In this document: piece by piece, positions 12,412-24,502 of the stretch
Numbering within the stretch: the first letter of the stretch is position 1
Layout of the letters: every line of letters starts with the position of its first letter
DNA from: Macrostomum lignano
Lineage: Eukaryota
DNA length: 64,000 bases
NCBI GenBank assembly: GCA_002269645.1
Contig: NIVC01000891.1
Span: forward strand, 124,001 to 188,000
Direction of reading: 5' to 3'
The notes under the pieces: generated by a model
Told to the model about the DNA's origin: nothing
The model's database searches: none
Seen by the model: the letters and a program-made list of their open reading frames with translations, nothing else
Position numbers and translations under genes: made by a program

Positions 12412-13404
12412 TCAACTCCTCCGCCCTGGATCGATGGGACCTACGCGTGCGCCGCCGGCTTCATCAGGTTCGCCCAGTTGTCCTCCGCGAGTCCGCATTC
12501 GCAGCAGGGCCATGAACTCCTGGCGGAACATGCTGGACCGTGCCAGGTATACAAACAGGTTCACCATGGAGCTGAGCATCTGGGGCAGGCGCATGAAGTT
12601 GCCGAAGCGCGAGCGGTAACGCTTAGGCAGCTGGGCCAGGTAGAGATAACCAATGCGAGACGCCACCTGGGTCAGGACGAGCAGTCCGGCGATGATGGCG
12701 ATGGTGCCGGCGCTCTCGAGAAGCTCTCCAGTTCGACTGCCGATCTCCGCACGAATCTTTATTTGGTGCAGCACGCGGAACAGGCAGGCCAGGCTGAGCC
12801 CCAGGGCCAAGCAGCTGTAGGTAATGGTCGATACTAGCAGCCAAATGTTGTAAGCGTTGCCGTAGACGCCGGAGTTGGTGCACATCGGCGTCACATTGTC
12901 CGGCTCGTCGATAGATAGGGAAAGAGCTATCACTGAGTCGGCACAGGTGTACAGCCAACCCGCCAGGATCACCAACGCTCCGCAGCGATGCGAGTACACG
13001 ATGTACTTCTGAGGCCAGAGCAGAGCAGCGCACCTGTCGCAGCACAGCGCCAGGGTGAACACCGTTGAGGCTACAAGACCGAATGTCATGGGCACAATGT
13101 CTGTGAGGCATTGCAGCTCGGTTCTCAGGTTGCCCTGGCCGACGTAATGGTCGCGTAGACGCCGGCCAGTGACGTACATGTAGGCTGCGCCAATCCATGC
13201 GTCTGCAATGGCCAAATTCGTCATGACAATGTAGTAGGAGCGGCGTCGCAATGTTTTCGATGTGAAGCAGTTTAGCGCGACGAGAAAGTTGCACAGGGCG
13301 CAGCCAGCGGCTGTAAAAAACTGGGAATAGCTGGCCGGTAGATTCCATTTGTACAACTGGATTCTGTCGGAGCGAAGCTCTTCCAAGGCGTCAGAATCGT
13401 TCAT
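12412..13404 (-). CDS. Intronless rhodopsin-like (class A) GPCR, 330 aa
   Basis: Seven hydrophobic segments, TM2 NLAIAD, TM3 DRC (DRY variant), TM7 NLFVY (NPxxY variant) and helix 8 FRQEF. Confidence 0.9.
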   Translation of the reverse strand: MNDSDALEELRSDRIQLYKWNLPASYSQFFTAAGCALCNFLVALNCFTSKTLRRRSYYIVMTNLAIADAWIGAAYMYVTGRRLRDHYVGQGNLRTELQCLTDIVPMTFGLVASTVFTLALCCDRCAALLWPQKYIVYSHRCGALVILAGWLYTCADSVIALSLSIDEPDNVTPMCTNSGVYGNAYNIWLLVSTITYSCLALGLSLACLFRVLHQIKIRAEIGSRTGELLESAGTIAIIAGLLVLTQVASRIGYLYLAQLPKRYRSRFGNFMRLPQMLSSMVNLFVYLARSSMFRQEFMALLRMRTRGGQLGEPDEAGGARVGPIDPGRRS

Positions 13405-15793
13405 TGCTTGGATTTGAATCCGATCAAATCAGTTGGTACTCTTGCTATTGTAGAAGCATCGTGTCGCTAAATCTGTTGGCGTCGCTTCGGCCTTAATATT
13501 TATATAAAAGATTCGAAACCCAACCTGACCAATTAGAGCTTGAGAGGAGGTACGATCGGCAGGTTGACGTAATCGACGTTCGTTTCGACAAAGCTTTATC
13601 AGCTTTATATAGACTCGTTCGCTTTCAATTTTCATCTGAGGTCGTTTTCGTTTTGCCGTCTCCGCGTTGGCTTTGTGATTCTTTCATGCAGTTGATGTGA
13701 TAACCATGCAAATCGTTTGTCACCCTTAAAACTGAAAAAAATCAAAGAGGCCTCAGATGCTGCTTTCTCTGAATTTAGCCGCTTTCCTTTGAGCTAAATT
13801 CTCGTCTAAAAATCTCGATTAAAAATTTCCTTGAGCGCAGGTAAGTTAATTGCTTTATCCGCGTCTTCTTTGAAGCGTTTGAAAACGGCTAGAGCGTCTT
13901 TATCATTTTATTCGGGAGAACGAGCAGATTTATATAAAATGCCGCAGGTGCCATGGGAAAACTGCCTTAGTATAAGAAATTCTGGCTTGCCAATTAACTG
14001 CAAGGCTTTTGCCTCCTCAGGTAAGTCTTTTAGACTAGCGTTTTAGACAGAAGCAGTCTCCATTTTTGTCTCTAAAAGCAAATTAAGCCTGTGTAGGCGT
14101 ACGAGCGTAATCCTTGCTCTGCTGTTAATTCGCTTAGATGGACCCAGAATTTGCTGGTTTCAACATTTTCGGAGAACAGTTAACTTTGCAAGGTGGTACA
14201 TGTAGTACGTAGGTGTATGCAAATGGTAACGTAATTTTTATTGAGTGAAGCTTTTTCGATCATTTAAAATCTGCATACGAGCTTATTAAATAAATCGCTG
14301 AGCAATCCCGAGCTAGCGGTTCGGGCCCGTGTGCCGCCTCCCCTGGGCGCACCCTGCAGGGCCGACACCAGATGTTGATCGGCCACTGCCTGCGTGCCCA
14401 CCCACGGGCGCCGAGCCCCGCTCGCCGACCTGCTGCTCAGCCCGCCCGGTGGGACACTCCCGCCGGTACCTCTCGCTGCACCACTCTGACTTGCACTGAT
14501 CGCGAGACTGATAGCTGGCTCTGACCAGCGGGTGCTTTGCTGACCCCTGTGACGGCGTCTGTTTAATAAAAATAATAATAGTAATAAAACTATAGTAAGT
14601 AACAAAAGTTTAATTAAAATTTTGGGGGTTAGAGACTGCAATTAATGTTCCAAGGCGACCTAAGCAAATAGAACTGGTGCAACTAGAAGTCTCGCGAGGG
14701 GAGCATCGCGGGGGAAGCTGAAGGGAGCGGGACGGTCCGCATTTCGAAGAAAAATTGCTTAAATTCGAATTCAAAACTTTGTAGGTCTTCCTGAAACGTG
14801 GCAACTGTTTTATCGCATGCAGTAGTTGCGCCGAAAAAAACCTGTAACATTGGGACATCGATCGTAAAGTATACTTATTAATCAGCGATGTCGATAGATG
14901 TCGGAAACGTCGGCCAACGTCGCCGATCCAACTGGCCCGAGCCCAGCATCAAACAAGCAGCAGCGTCATCATGCCGAAGAAAGTTTAAACAGCAACGCGT
15001 TGGCAATCGATCGGAATAATGAGATCGCCCAACTAAAATATACCCACTTCCATCCAAATCTTTGGTCAAAGGGCGGAATTGGCAGTTCCGTAGAAGTACC
15101 GGAGCATGCAGCTTGACCATGCACCTTCTGAAAACTTGTCAACACACAGCACCTGAGCTTGAGAATGAGCGCTTTGCTAACCTCCGTTTTGAGAAAATGC
15201 GAGCACCGACAGAGCAAAGCGTACGAGGCTCGTTAAGTGTTAAAAAGTCAAAAAATTGTGACTGAATGACTGAAAAAATGACACTCATGTGCTTTTTGCA
15301 TGCGATTCGCATTTGTATCTGACCCAGCTGTGACAGATACAAATCTCCGAGCCCGCGGGCCGCAGCGCGCGCATACCGAACACAGAGCACAGCATCGCAG
15401 AGTACGCGGCGTCTATAGTTACTTCTCCAGGGCATCCCCGTCAGGGTCCAGCAGGCGATCTCATGTAGCGTTGTAGACCAGAACAGTCTCAACATCCTGA
15501 TCCCGTCATTCAGAGCCTCAGCCTACGTACCGAGTGTAGTACCGAACATAGGCGTCCCAGGCCAGCCTTATTATGTCACTGGCGATGTCCGGCGCGAGTC
15601 CGAGGTTACACGGCAGCGCGGAAAAGAGGCTTCGTCCCCGGCAGCATCTCGGTACGTGTGATCTCTTGGCATGCACATGTCAAGGACTACTTCAGTAGAC
15701 GTTAAGTATACGTTACTTTTAGTCGTACTTGGTACATGTAGGTACAGCGGCACGATGAAGACGAAGAAAGAGGCCGACCTTTCGACCTGAGTC

Positions 15794-16677
15794 TTGAGCG
15801 TTGAAATCTCCTCCTATAATCAGATTGGCAAAATTGATTGGCAAAAACCCAGGACGGTCAACACAAAACAGAGGAAAATTTGGCCTGGAAACAACAAATA
15901 AACAGGGAGAAGACCTAGTGAACTGGCCGACATCCAACGACCTTACATGGGTAAACTCGTTCTACCACCAAAACGACGAGGAACATGGCGGAACCCGAGT
16001 AATGGAAAATGGTACGAAATTGATGGATTCGCGACAAGAACAGATGACCGTAATAAAATCATAAAATCAATTAAGAATCACAACGGCTGTGCACTGTCCG
16101 ACCACATCCCAAAGACGTTAATAATCGGGAGCGTAGCCGAAACGGGAAAAGACCGAACGCAAACAGGCTGCAAAAAAGAAGGAATCAAGGCATCAACTGG
16201 AAGAAGCTCTACGATGAAGAGAACGCAACGAAATTTAAAAAAGAGATGGAGACAAGAATGCAAACGTGGAAGACGAACAACGAGGGAAGAAAACAGCCAC
16301 CATGGACAGAAGTGCAAAGAATAATCGTGGAAAACGCATAGACGATTTGCGGACCAACGAACCGGCTAACAAATCCGTGGATGATATCCCACGACAACGA
16401 CCTAAAGAGGATGCACAAAGAACTGGCTGAAAAACTCCAACAGAGGAACAGGGCCAGGGAAACCCACGGTCCCGGAAGCGAGGAGACGAGGAGAGCAGAA
16501 GAAACGTTAAGGAAAACACGAAAAACCCAAAAACACACGGTACATGAGTGGGAAGAACAGTGGTGGGACCAACTGGCCGACGAATGCAGAAACGCAGCAG
16601 ACAAAGGACAGATAGCGGTGGTATACGACAAACTCCGACTCCTAGACAAAAGAGGCACGGCCTTCAACAATAGCGAA
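15794..16677 (+). pseudogene. 5'-truncated RTE-like LINE fragment: apurinic endonuclease C-terminal half plus linker, frameshifted, with an inverted 5' tip
   Basis: GKFGLETTNKQGEDLVNW...WVNSFY, then GTWRNPSNGKWYEIDGF...LSDHIPK after a frameshift. The IIGGDFNAQ motif is on the minus strand at 15794..15835. It is interrupted at 16678 by the LTR element. Confidence 0.85.
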
Positions 16678-18670
16678 TGTAGAAAAAATACTAAGAGAAA
16701 ACTACAGACTATTTAATTGCCCCACATTGGGCGCCATGTAGAAAAAATACAAAACTAAAGACTAGAGAGTTACTTGGAGTTAAATTGAATCTAAGATAAG
16801 CCAGTAAGTGGGCGCAGGGCCCAAACAAGTATATTTATACCAGACATTAACTTAGGGGATTTGAATTGCAGATAATAAAGAGAGGGGGTGGAGTGCGCGA
16901 CTGAAGAGAGAGGCGAGAATGGAGAGCCAATCAGAACGCAGCAAGGGAGAGAGAGATAAGAATAACAAGATTGAGCTAGACAGAAAGAGAGAAAACGGAG
17001 TAAACAGAGACAAGTGAAGGTGAACTAAGAAATGACTAGGAAAGTCGCGACACTCACCCCAAAAAATGGAACATTTTTTGAATTTTCGAGTACCAATAGA
17101 ATTATGAATTAGAGTTCAAGAAACAACTTTAAAGCAAATTTAACAATGGTGTACAAATTTTTTACATTGTGACTACATGGTGAAAGAAAAAATTGAATGA
17201 CGAATTAACGAGGCGATCTGGCCGGCGATGAGCGAAGAGACGATCCGGCAGGCGATGAGCGAAGATTTAATTATTTTTTTAGGGGGGAGGGTAGATGTAG
17301 TCAGTTTTCATTTGGTTGTAACAATTTATTCATTAAAATCGCACACGTGAAATTTCTTGGTCAAATTTGTAGATGTAGTCAGTTTTCATTTGGTTGTAAC
17401 AATTTATTCAAGCATGGCACTGTTATCAGAAACGGCATGGCGCTTATATCAAAAACAGTATGGCGAACAATGTTATTATTAGTACCATGCTATTCTATAT
17501 AGCATGGCGCCTGATACTATTGGAAATATACATATCCCACGTTGTGAAAAAAAAAATACAAAACTAAAGACTAGAGAGTTACTTGGAGTTAAATTGAATC
17601 TAAGATAAGCCAGTAAGTGGGCGCAGGGCCCAAACAAGTATATTTATACCAGACATTAACTTAGGGGATTTGAATTGCAGATAATAAAGAGAGGGGGTGG
17701 AGTGCGCGACTGAAGAGAGAGGCGAGAATGGAGAGCCAATCAGAACGCAGCAAGGGAGAGAGAGATAAGAATAACAAGATTGAGCTAGACAGAAAGAGAG
17801 AAAACGGAGTAAACAGAGACAAGTGAAGGTGAACTAAAGAAATGACTAGGAAAGTCGCGACACTCCCCCCAAAAAATGGAACATTTTTTGAATTTTCGAG
17901 TACCAATAGAATTATGAATTAGAGTTCAAGAAACAACTTTAAAGCAAATTTAACAATGGTGTACAAATTTTTTACATTGTGACTACATGGTGAAAGAAAA
18001 AATTGAATGACGAATTAACGAGGCGATCTGGCCGGCGATGAGCGAAGAGACGATCCGGCAGGCGATGAGCGAAGATTTAATTATTTTTTTAGGGGGGAGG
18101 GTAGATGTAGTCAGTTTTCATTTGGTTGTAACAATTTATTCATTAAAATCGCACACGTGAAATTTCTTGGTCAAATTTGTAGATGTAGTCAGTTTTCATT
18201 TGGTTGTAACAATTTATTCAAGCATGGCACTGTTATCAGAAACGGCATGGCGCTTATATCAAAAACAGTATGGCGAACAATGTTATTATTAGTACCATGC
18301 TATTCTATATAGCATGGCGCCTGATACTATTGGAAATATACATATCCCACGTTGTGAAAAAAAAATACAAAACTAAAGACTAGAGAGTTACTTGGAGTTA
18401 AATTGAATCTAAGATAAGCCAGTAAGTGGGCGCAGGGCCCAAACAAGTATATTTATACCAGACATTAACTTAGGGGGTTTGAATTGCAGATAATAAAGAG
18501 AGGGGGTGGAGTGCGCGACTGAAGAGAGAGGCGAGAATGGAGAGCCAATCAGAACGCAGCAAGGGAGAGAGAGATAAGAATAACAAGATTGAGCTAGACA
18601 GAAAGAGAGAAAACGGAGTAAACAGAGACAAGTGAAGGTGAACTAAGAAATGACTAGGAAAGTCGCGACA
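16678..18670 (-). mobile_element. Tandem-array TRIM-like non-coding LTR retroelement: three ~316-bp LTRs (16737..17052, ~17543..17862, ~18353..18670), 809-bp period, 5-bp TSD GCGAA
   Basis: LTRs read TGTCGCGAC...TTTCTACA on the minus strand and contain TATAAATA. A T-run plus G-rich PPT precedes the two left LTRs. GCGAA occurs at 16673..16677 and 18671..18675. There is no coding capacity. Confidence 0.85.
16719..16736 (-). other. Primer binding site complementary to tRNA-Lys(CTT)
   Basis: The minus strand reads CA|TGGCGCCCAATGTGGGGC, 17/18 identical to the canonical Lys1,2 PBS TGGCGCCCAACGTGGGGC. Confidence 0.9.
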
Positions 18671-18803
18671 GCGAAAGAGACACGAATACAATGTTCTGTT
18701 TTTCTACACGTACACGTATAGCAGTCCACTTCTCTTAGGATTCCGTTTTACATAGTTTTTTGCGGTTGTAAATCATTTCTTGATAATTCTGTCAAGACTC
18801 ATG

Positions 18804-20830
18804 TCTTCTTCTTCTTCTTCTTCTTCTTCTTCTTCTTCTTCTTCTTCCCTTTTATCTCCGTTTGTGGCATGGGCAGTCTTCGGGGGCGTGGTCCATCGTT
18901 AGCAATCCTTGCAGGTGCGTTGGTGGCGTGCCATGTTTGTCGCGGCGAGCGTGCGCCCACAACCTTCGCATTGTTTTGTTTTAGCGCGGTATTTTCTCTC
19001 ACCTCCCGGGACCGTGTCTCCTCCCGCGTTGTACCGCAGCTTTTGCGGTGTCTCGCTAGGTTTGATTTTGATATTTCTCGTGCACAGTTTGCGCATTTTA
19101 CGCGGTTTCCTCCCGTTTCTCTTTCTCCTCCGCAGACCTTCCGGTGGTTTAGCCACGTTGCCTCTTGCCTGAACTGCTTCTCGCACTTCTCACACTTGAG
19201 CGTTACTGGTTCTTCTATATTGCGAATATGCATTCTCTTCTGGTGTATGGTCAGACCTGCTTTGCTTTTGCATTTCTTACCGCATTCTTCGTATTCGCAT
19301 ATGAATTCTTTCGTTTTCTCCTGTTTCTGTCTGTTATTCCTTTCGATGTTCCTTCCTTCTGTCTTCTTTCCTTGTTGCTTTTCCCATCTCTTGAGGTGGT
19401 CTATGCGTTCTTGGACAATTTTACGCCATTTCTGGCGGTTGGTTGCTGGTCTCTCTGTCCTTTCCGGCGATCGATCCCTGCTTGGCGTAGAAGTCGCTTC
19501 CAATATTCAATGGTGTTACCTTTTCTCTTACGTGTTTTCCTGATCTTTTCGAGACCATTGTACCATCCTAGAACCGTCTTTTTCGTTAGGCGGCTCGCAT
19601 CCATGCGTAGTACATGTCCGATGCGGATCAGGTGGTTTTTTTTAATCTTAGTTTGGATTGTCGTTACTTCTAGCTCATTGCGAATGTCCTGCATGTTCAC
19701 CCCTTTTGCCTCCATCTCCTTTAGTGGTTCCATTTTTCTGCTGCACCATATCTGACGGTAGATCCGGTCCAAGAAGCTTTGTAGTTGCTTCGTTTTTGAC
19801 TTCAGGAATGGGCATATGTTCGCGTGAAATAGCAGGATGCTTTTCATACAGGCTTCGGCCACCTTCGCTTGCGTGGTCTTTTTCAACCTGCACTTGATGA
19901 ATCGTCTACGGATCGTCGATAAGCTTTTCGCCGCTTTTTGCAGCCTCTGGCTCGTGTCGTACTTCGTGTCCGTCCACGATCCTAGCATGCGTACTTTCCC
20001 TCCCTCTCTGGTTCCGAATGTCTTCCTCTTGCTTTTTGAATTGTTCGTTTGTTCCTCGAATCCTGCCATTACGTCTTTCGTCGACTCCAGGCCCGCGTTG
20101 AGTTCATTGTGGTTGCCTAGGATGGTGGTGTCGTCCGCAAATAGAACTGTTCTGATGAATTCAGTTTTAGTTTCCAAGTTTTGGTTGGTTCCTTCTTTGA
20201 GGTGGTAGTGAGCTAGCTCCCTGGGAGGTATGTCCTTTCGATCCCACATATTTGCTCTTTCTCCTTTGCTGTTTGTGCTCTTTTCTCCTCAACTTCCCTA
20301 ATGCATGCTTGGTGAAAGATGTTAAATAGAACTGGGGATGTCGGGCATCCTTCACGTAGTCCTCTTTCTGGCAAACACGATTCACTGGATTGTTTCTTTC
20401 CTTTTAATTTTTACTCTGTGTATTCGTGAAGGTCCTTCAGTTTGTCAATCATTTTTTTCCGGCAGGGCGTACTTCTGCAATATTTCCCCATAGTATCGGT
20501 TTGCTGACTCTGGGGTATGCTTTCCGGAGGTCTAAGAAAAATGCCAGTTGGTCTTCTTCTAGGTTGCAGTTTCCTTCGGCGTTTTTTGCTTGGCGGTATT
20601 CTGTTATGTCTTCTTGTATCCGGATGATTATCTGGGTGCTGTCTGCTGTTGATCGGTTGGCTAAAACCATTCTGATTGTCGTCTAGCGCCCCGATGCGTT
20701 CTGCCCAGTCCCGTAACCTTGAGGCGATGATTCTTGCCAATATGCGACTTAGCATCGGCAGGAGGCAGACTCCTCGGTAATTGTTAAGGTCGGTCCTGTC
20801 TCCCTTCTTGAAAAGCGGTATTGATTAAGA
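18804..20830 (-). pseudogene. 5'-truncated RTE-like LINE: RT domain, C-terminal zinc-finger array and (GAA)n tail; several frameshifts
   Basis: IPLFKKGD..NYRGVCLL, LDLRKAYP, GLREGCPTSPVLFNIF and VLFADD motifs; four CxxC fingers; about 14 GAA units at 18804..18846. Confidence 0.9.
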
Positions 20831-20849
20831 CCTATCTTCTCACTGGCTA

Positions 20850-23390
20850 CCCTAGATGAAATCGTCATGCCATTTCTTAGCAGATCTGTCTGGAGCTTCT
20901 CGCTACGTTCTTGCAAGAACGTAACAGATCTGCACTATTTAAATATATAGGCAGAACTTACAAGATCTGCAGGAAGATCTTGCACGGTCTGCACGAGCAG
21001 ATCTTAGGAGATCTGGGCAGATCTTGTAAGATGTATTAAGCTTTACCAATTGAATGCATTGTCCGTCTTATCAAATCTTCCAAGATCTGTTTAGTAATCC
21101 ATTTATAAAACCCCAATGCACTAATTTAATTCCAATAAAGAACACGAGTTATGACAGGACTTTCTTATTTGATTCTGCACTTTTAGTATTGTGCTAGTAA
21201 GCTGCCAGAACAAAAGCAAATGTCATTGAACAATTAAAATAAAGTAGACATATTTATTTGTGAAAATGTAAACAAATACACATATATGCTCATGAAATAA
21301 AACTTGTATGCACAAGGGAAATGGCACAAGCAAAAAATAAGTCAACTTCAAAACAAAAGTTAAGCACACATTCAATAGAAAAAAATACTAATGGTACAAT
21401 GGACTAATAAAATTAGGGTGAGCAATACTTTTAGAAACTAAAAAATAGAAGCAGAAACATTTGAAAAAAAACCAGGTGCATCTTTTACTACAATGTACAA
21501 TTAAATTGGTTTGCAAATAATTGAAACTGAAAGAGTCCAGTACTGAAAGATTTTAAAGTCAATATTGCTAGAAAGCTTACTTTGTTATCAATAAAAGTAG
21601 GTCTATAAGAGCTCTTAATAATACTTTAGGGCTCTTTATCATGTTGCATTTTTACTTTAGGCTGGCTTCATTTTTTCTTTTAGCAATCATAGGATGCTTG
21701 CCACTTTGCCATTTGGTATAAAGACAAGCTTGGAACCCATAAGTAGCGATGCCATATTGACCATGTAAAGTAGCTGCAATGAAAGGGAAAATTGTAGTAA
21801 AGTTCTGGGATTTTAAACATTAATATTCAATTCAAAATAACTAAAACATAAAACAAATATCATTGTTATGTTTTTAAATAGTCAGAGTAATAACTTTTGT
21901 AAAAGTTCTTTGGTCTAATTAAATTTAGACCTGTTTTTCTTCTATTCTATATTTTTCATATTATTTATCTAGGCCTATCTAGTATAAATAATTTTAGATT
22001 TTGCTATGCCTATCTATATTCTTCAAATAGTAGGTCAAGGCTTAAGATAACTTTCTAACAACCATAAGCCTATATTTAAGCATCCAGGTTTAATTCTAAT
22101 TCATAAAAACTATACCCTATATAGCAATTACAATTTTTAGTAGAGTAGGGCCTATTTTATTTTAAAATTAAAATGATAAGCCTAGTTATAACACTATTTA
22201 CTAAAAATAGACATTACACTCTTGACCTAAGTGTTTAAAATCAAGGAGGGATTAAAACCAAGTTTTACAGATATGTCAGTCTACCTATTTATAAATCTAG
22301 ATAAGCATATATAAAACAAACAAAAACAGAATAGACCTATTTAATTAAGATTTACTTACTAGCTAGGTCACTAGAACTAGCCTAGCCCTAGCCTAGGGGC
22401 TAGAACTAGGTATGTATATATAAATATAATATAATGAAATGCAAAAGACTACAAAAATACTGATCTATGTATGTAACTGAATTTCTGAATTATTAATGGA
22501 TTAATGAATTATTAATGGACATCACTAGGTCTAGACATGCATTCTGTTTCTATTAAAGCATAGAACAAAGTCATAGGCCTAGGCCTACTCATACTTATAG
22601 GCCTGGGAGTAGGAAACAAGCCTAGATATATATATGATATAGATTATATATAGCATATCATACATTTTATAGTCAGTCTGTCAATTATGTCAATTTTTTT
22701 TAATTGATGACGCGATCTGCTCTTCATTTAAAGCCATAGCTATACTTAATCAAAAAAGTTATTATGGCTAAAAAAGTAAAAAATAGTGATACTACACTAT
22801 GAAACAATTTAAGGAATTAAAAATTACATATTCGGCTAAGTCAAAAGAAAGAACTGAGATTATTGCAAGAGCGAGAATTCAAACTATAAGGGTCCACTAT
22901 GTTCAGAACTGCGGAAAGAATATTTAAACAAATTCATTTACTGTTGGCTGCCAGAAGAACAACTAAAATAAATACAAATCATTAAAAAACGTAATTACTA
23001 TTATGTTAAATATTTTGTGGAAAAAAACAATTCAGACACTTTTCAAAACTGGTCTGTACAGATCTGCAAGAACTGATCTGACAAGATCCAGCAGAGAAAT
23101 GTGAAAATATACGAAAGTCTTTTTTCTGATATACAGTTAGAAATTTCGTTTTCTCTTTACCTCATAAGTATTTTCTAAAAAATCACGAATGTTTTTTACG
23201 TATTAAACAATAAAAAATGGCTTGCAAAGATTTGTAAGATCTTGTAAGACAAAAGCAGATACAGATCTGCTAAGAGATTTAAGTAAGAACAGATCTGTTA
23301 AGAATGTGTTAACCAAAGTTCACAGATCTGTTAAGAAATTTAAGTAAGAACAGATCTGCCAAGAATGAGTAAACAGAACTTCATCTAGGG
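20850..23390. mobile_element. Non-autonomous DNA transposon, CMC/EnSpm-like, 11-bp TIR CCCTAGATGAA, TA flanks, AGATCT(G) subterminal repeats
   Basis: TA|CCCTAGATGAA at 20850 and TTCATCTAGGG|TA at 23390; many (C)AGATCT copies within ~250 bp of the left end and ~350 bp of the right end; AT-rich non-coding interior. The superfamily call is inference. Confidence 0.75.
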
Positions 23391-24262
23391 TAATTATGTA
23401 TAATAATAACACTGGTAATTCTAAAATACAAAGGTAAGTGGCAAAAATGATGGGGCCTACTGCCAGTAGTCCAAATTGTATAAGCCCAATGTGCGAATGT
23501 AGAATTTAAAGTGTGTCCTCATCATGTTTGCGCATTTTTGGAATTCTTACTGTTGGCTAAATTGTAGTTATATTGTACTCGTATACTATCATGAGCGTCT
23601 ATAATTATTAGCTAGATATAGTAATTAACAAATTTAATGTTTCTGCTCTTTCTAATTCTAATTTACCCATTCTAATAAAACATGTTTCTTTCGTTTTTTG
23701 TTAAAAATAGTTTCATAAATCAAAATTTCACAACGTGAACAAACGCGTCGTACGTTATGTAAGAGCTCAGCGATCACTTTAAGTTCGACTAGGCCTAGGC
23801 CTATGCATGATTTTACTAATGCTAATTTTACTTATAAAAATCTACCTTTTGGCTTCATGACTAGGTTTCTTAATTAAATAAGATTTCTTCAATTTTTTCT
23901 ATATGCTCAAGATATAACATCTATTAATGACGAATGTATAGGTCTTTTAAGTTTTAGGATATATGCCTAGTTAGGACTAAGTGATCAGCCTAGACAAGCA
24001 CAAATTTTGTATGTTGCCATTTTTCTATGCTTCCCACCCAGCCCTAACTATTTTTCCACGTTAATTTAGCAAATCAAATATACTGTTTGAACTTGCTTGT
24101 AATTGTAATTTGTCTTAAATATTTTGTTTGCATTTTCTATAATTTGGATTTTTTAAGTTTTAGGCTAGCCAAAATGACTCTGACTATAAGTTTTTTTATA
24201 ATTAGGCCTAAGCTAATAGGACCCAATAGAAATAGTATATATGACTCCTAAATTCCTAGAAT

Positions 24263-24502
24263 AGTGGTATACACTGCACAAGATTTTCCATTAGGAGGCA
24301 CCATCAATGAGTTATGACAATAGAAGACCTTTTGGGGTTGCCACAATAAAGGACTTTTTTAAAGTACACCCAGGCTAGTAAAAAGTGGAGAGCAATAGAA
24401 AGTCATACTCAGCCTGGTGGATACCATACCACTAACCTCTGTTACCTCCCTTTAGGCAATTGGAATGGCCACAGCCCCTTGCCCCCTCTGCATATGCCAC
24501 TG
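24263..24502. mobile_element. Old hAT-like MITE with 8-bp TSD CCTAGAAT
   Basis: CCTAGAAT at 24255..24262 and 24503..24510. The right end reads CAGTGGCATATGCAGAGGGG on the minus strand; the left end (AGTGGTATAC) is degenerate. Confidence 0.5.

Noticed and set aside
14279-14561. GC-rich candidate exon on the minus strand
   Set aside because: Splice-like ends exist, but there is no recognisable protein or partner exon.
17503-17511. Anti-PBS sequence CATGGCGCC in the TRIM internal region
   Set aside because: Only 9 bp, six of which are the self-complementary GGCGCC; too weak to claim a structure.
15794-20830. Both LINE fragments as one large 5'-inverted insertion
   Set aside because: The endonuclease piece lies beyond the (GAA)n tail, the wrong side for twin priming, and no shared TSD was found.
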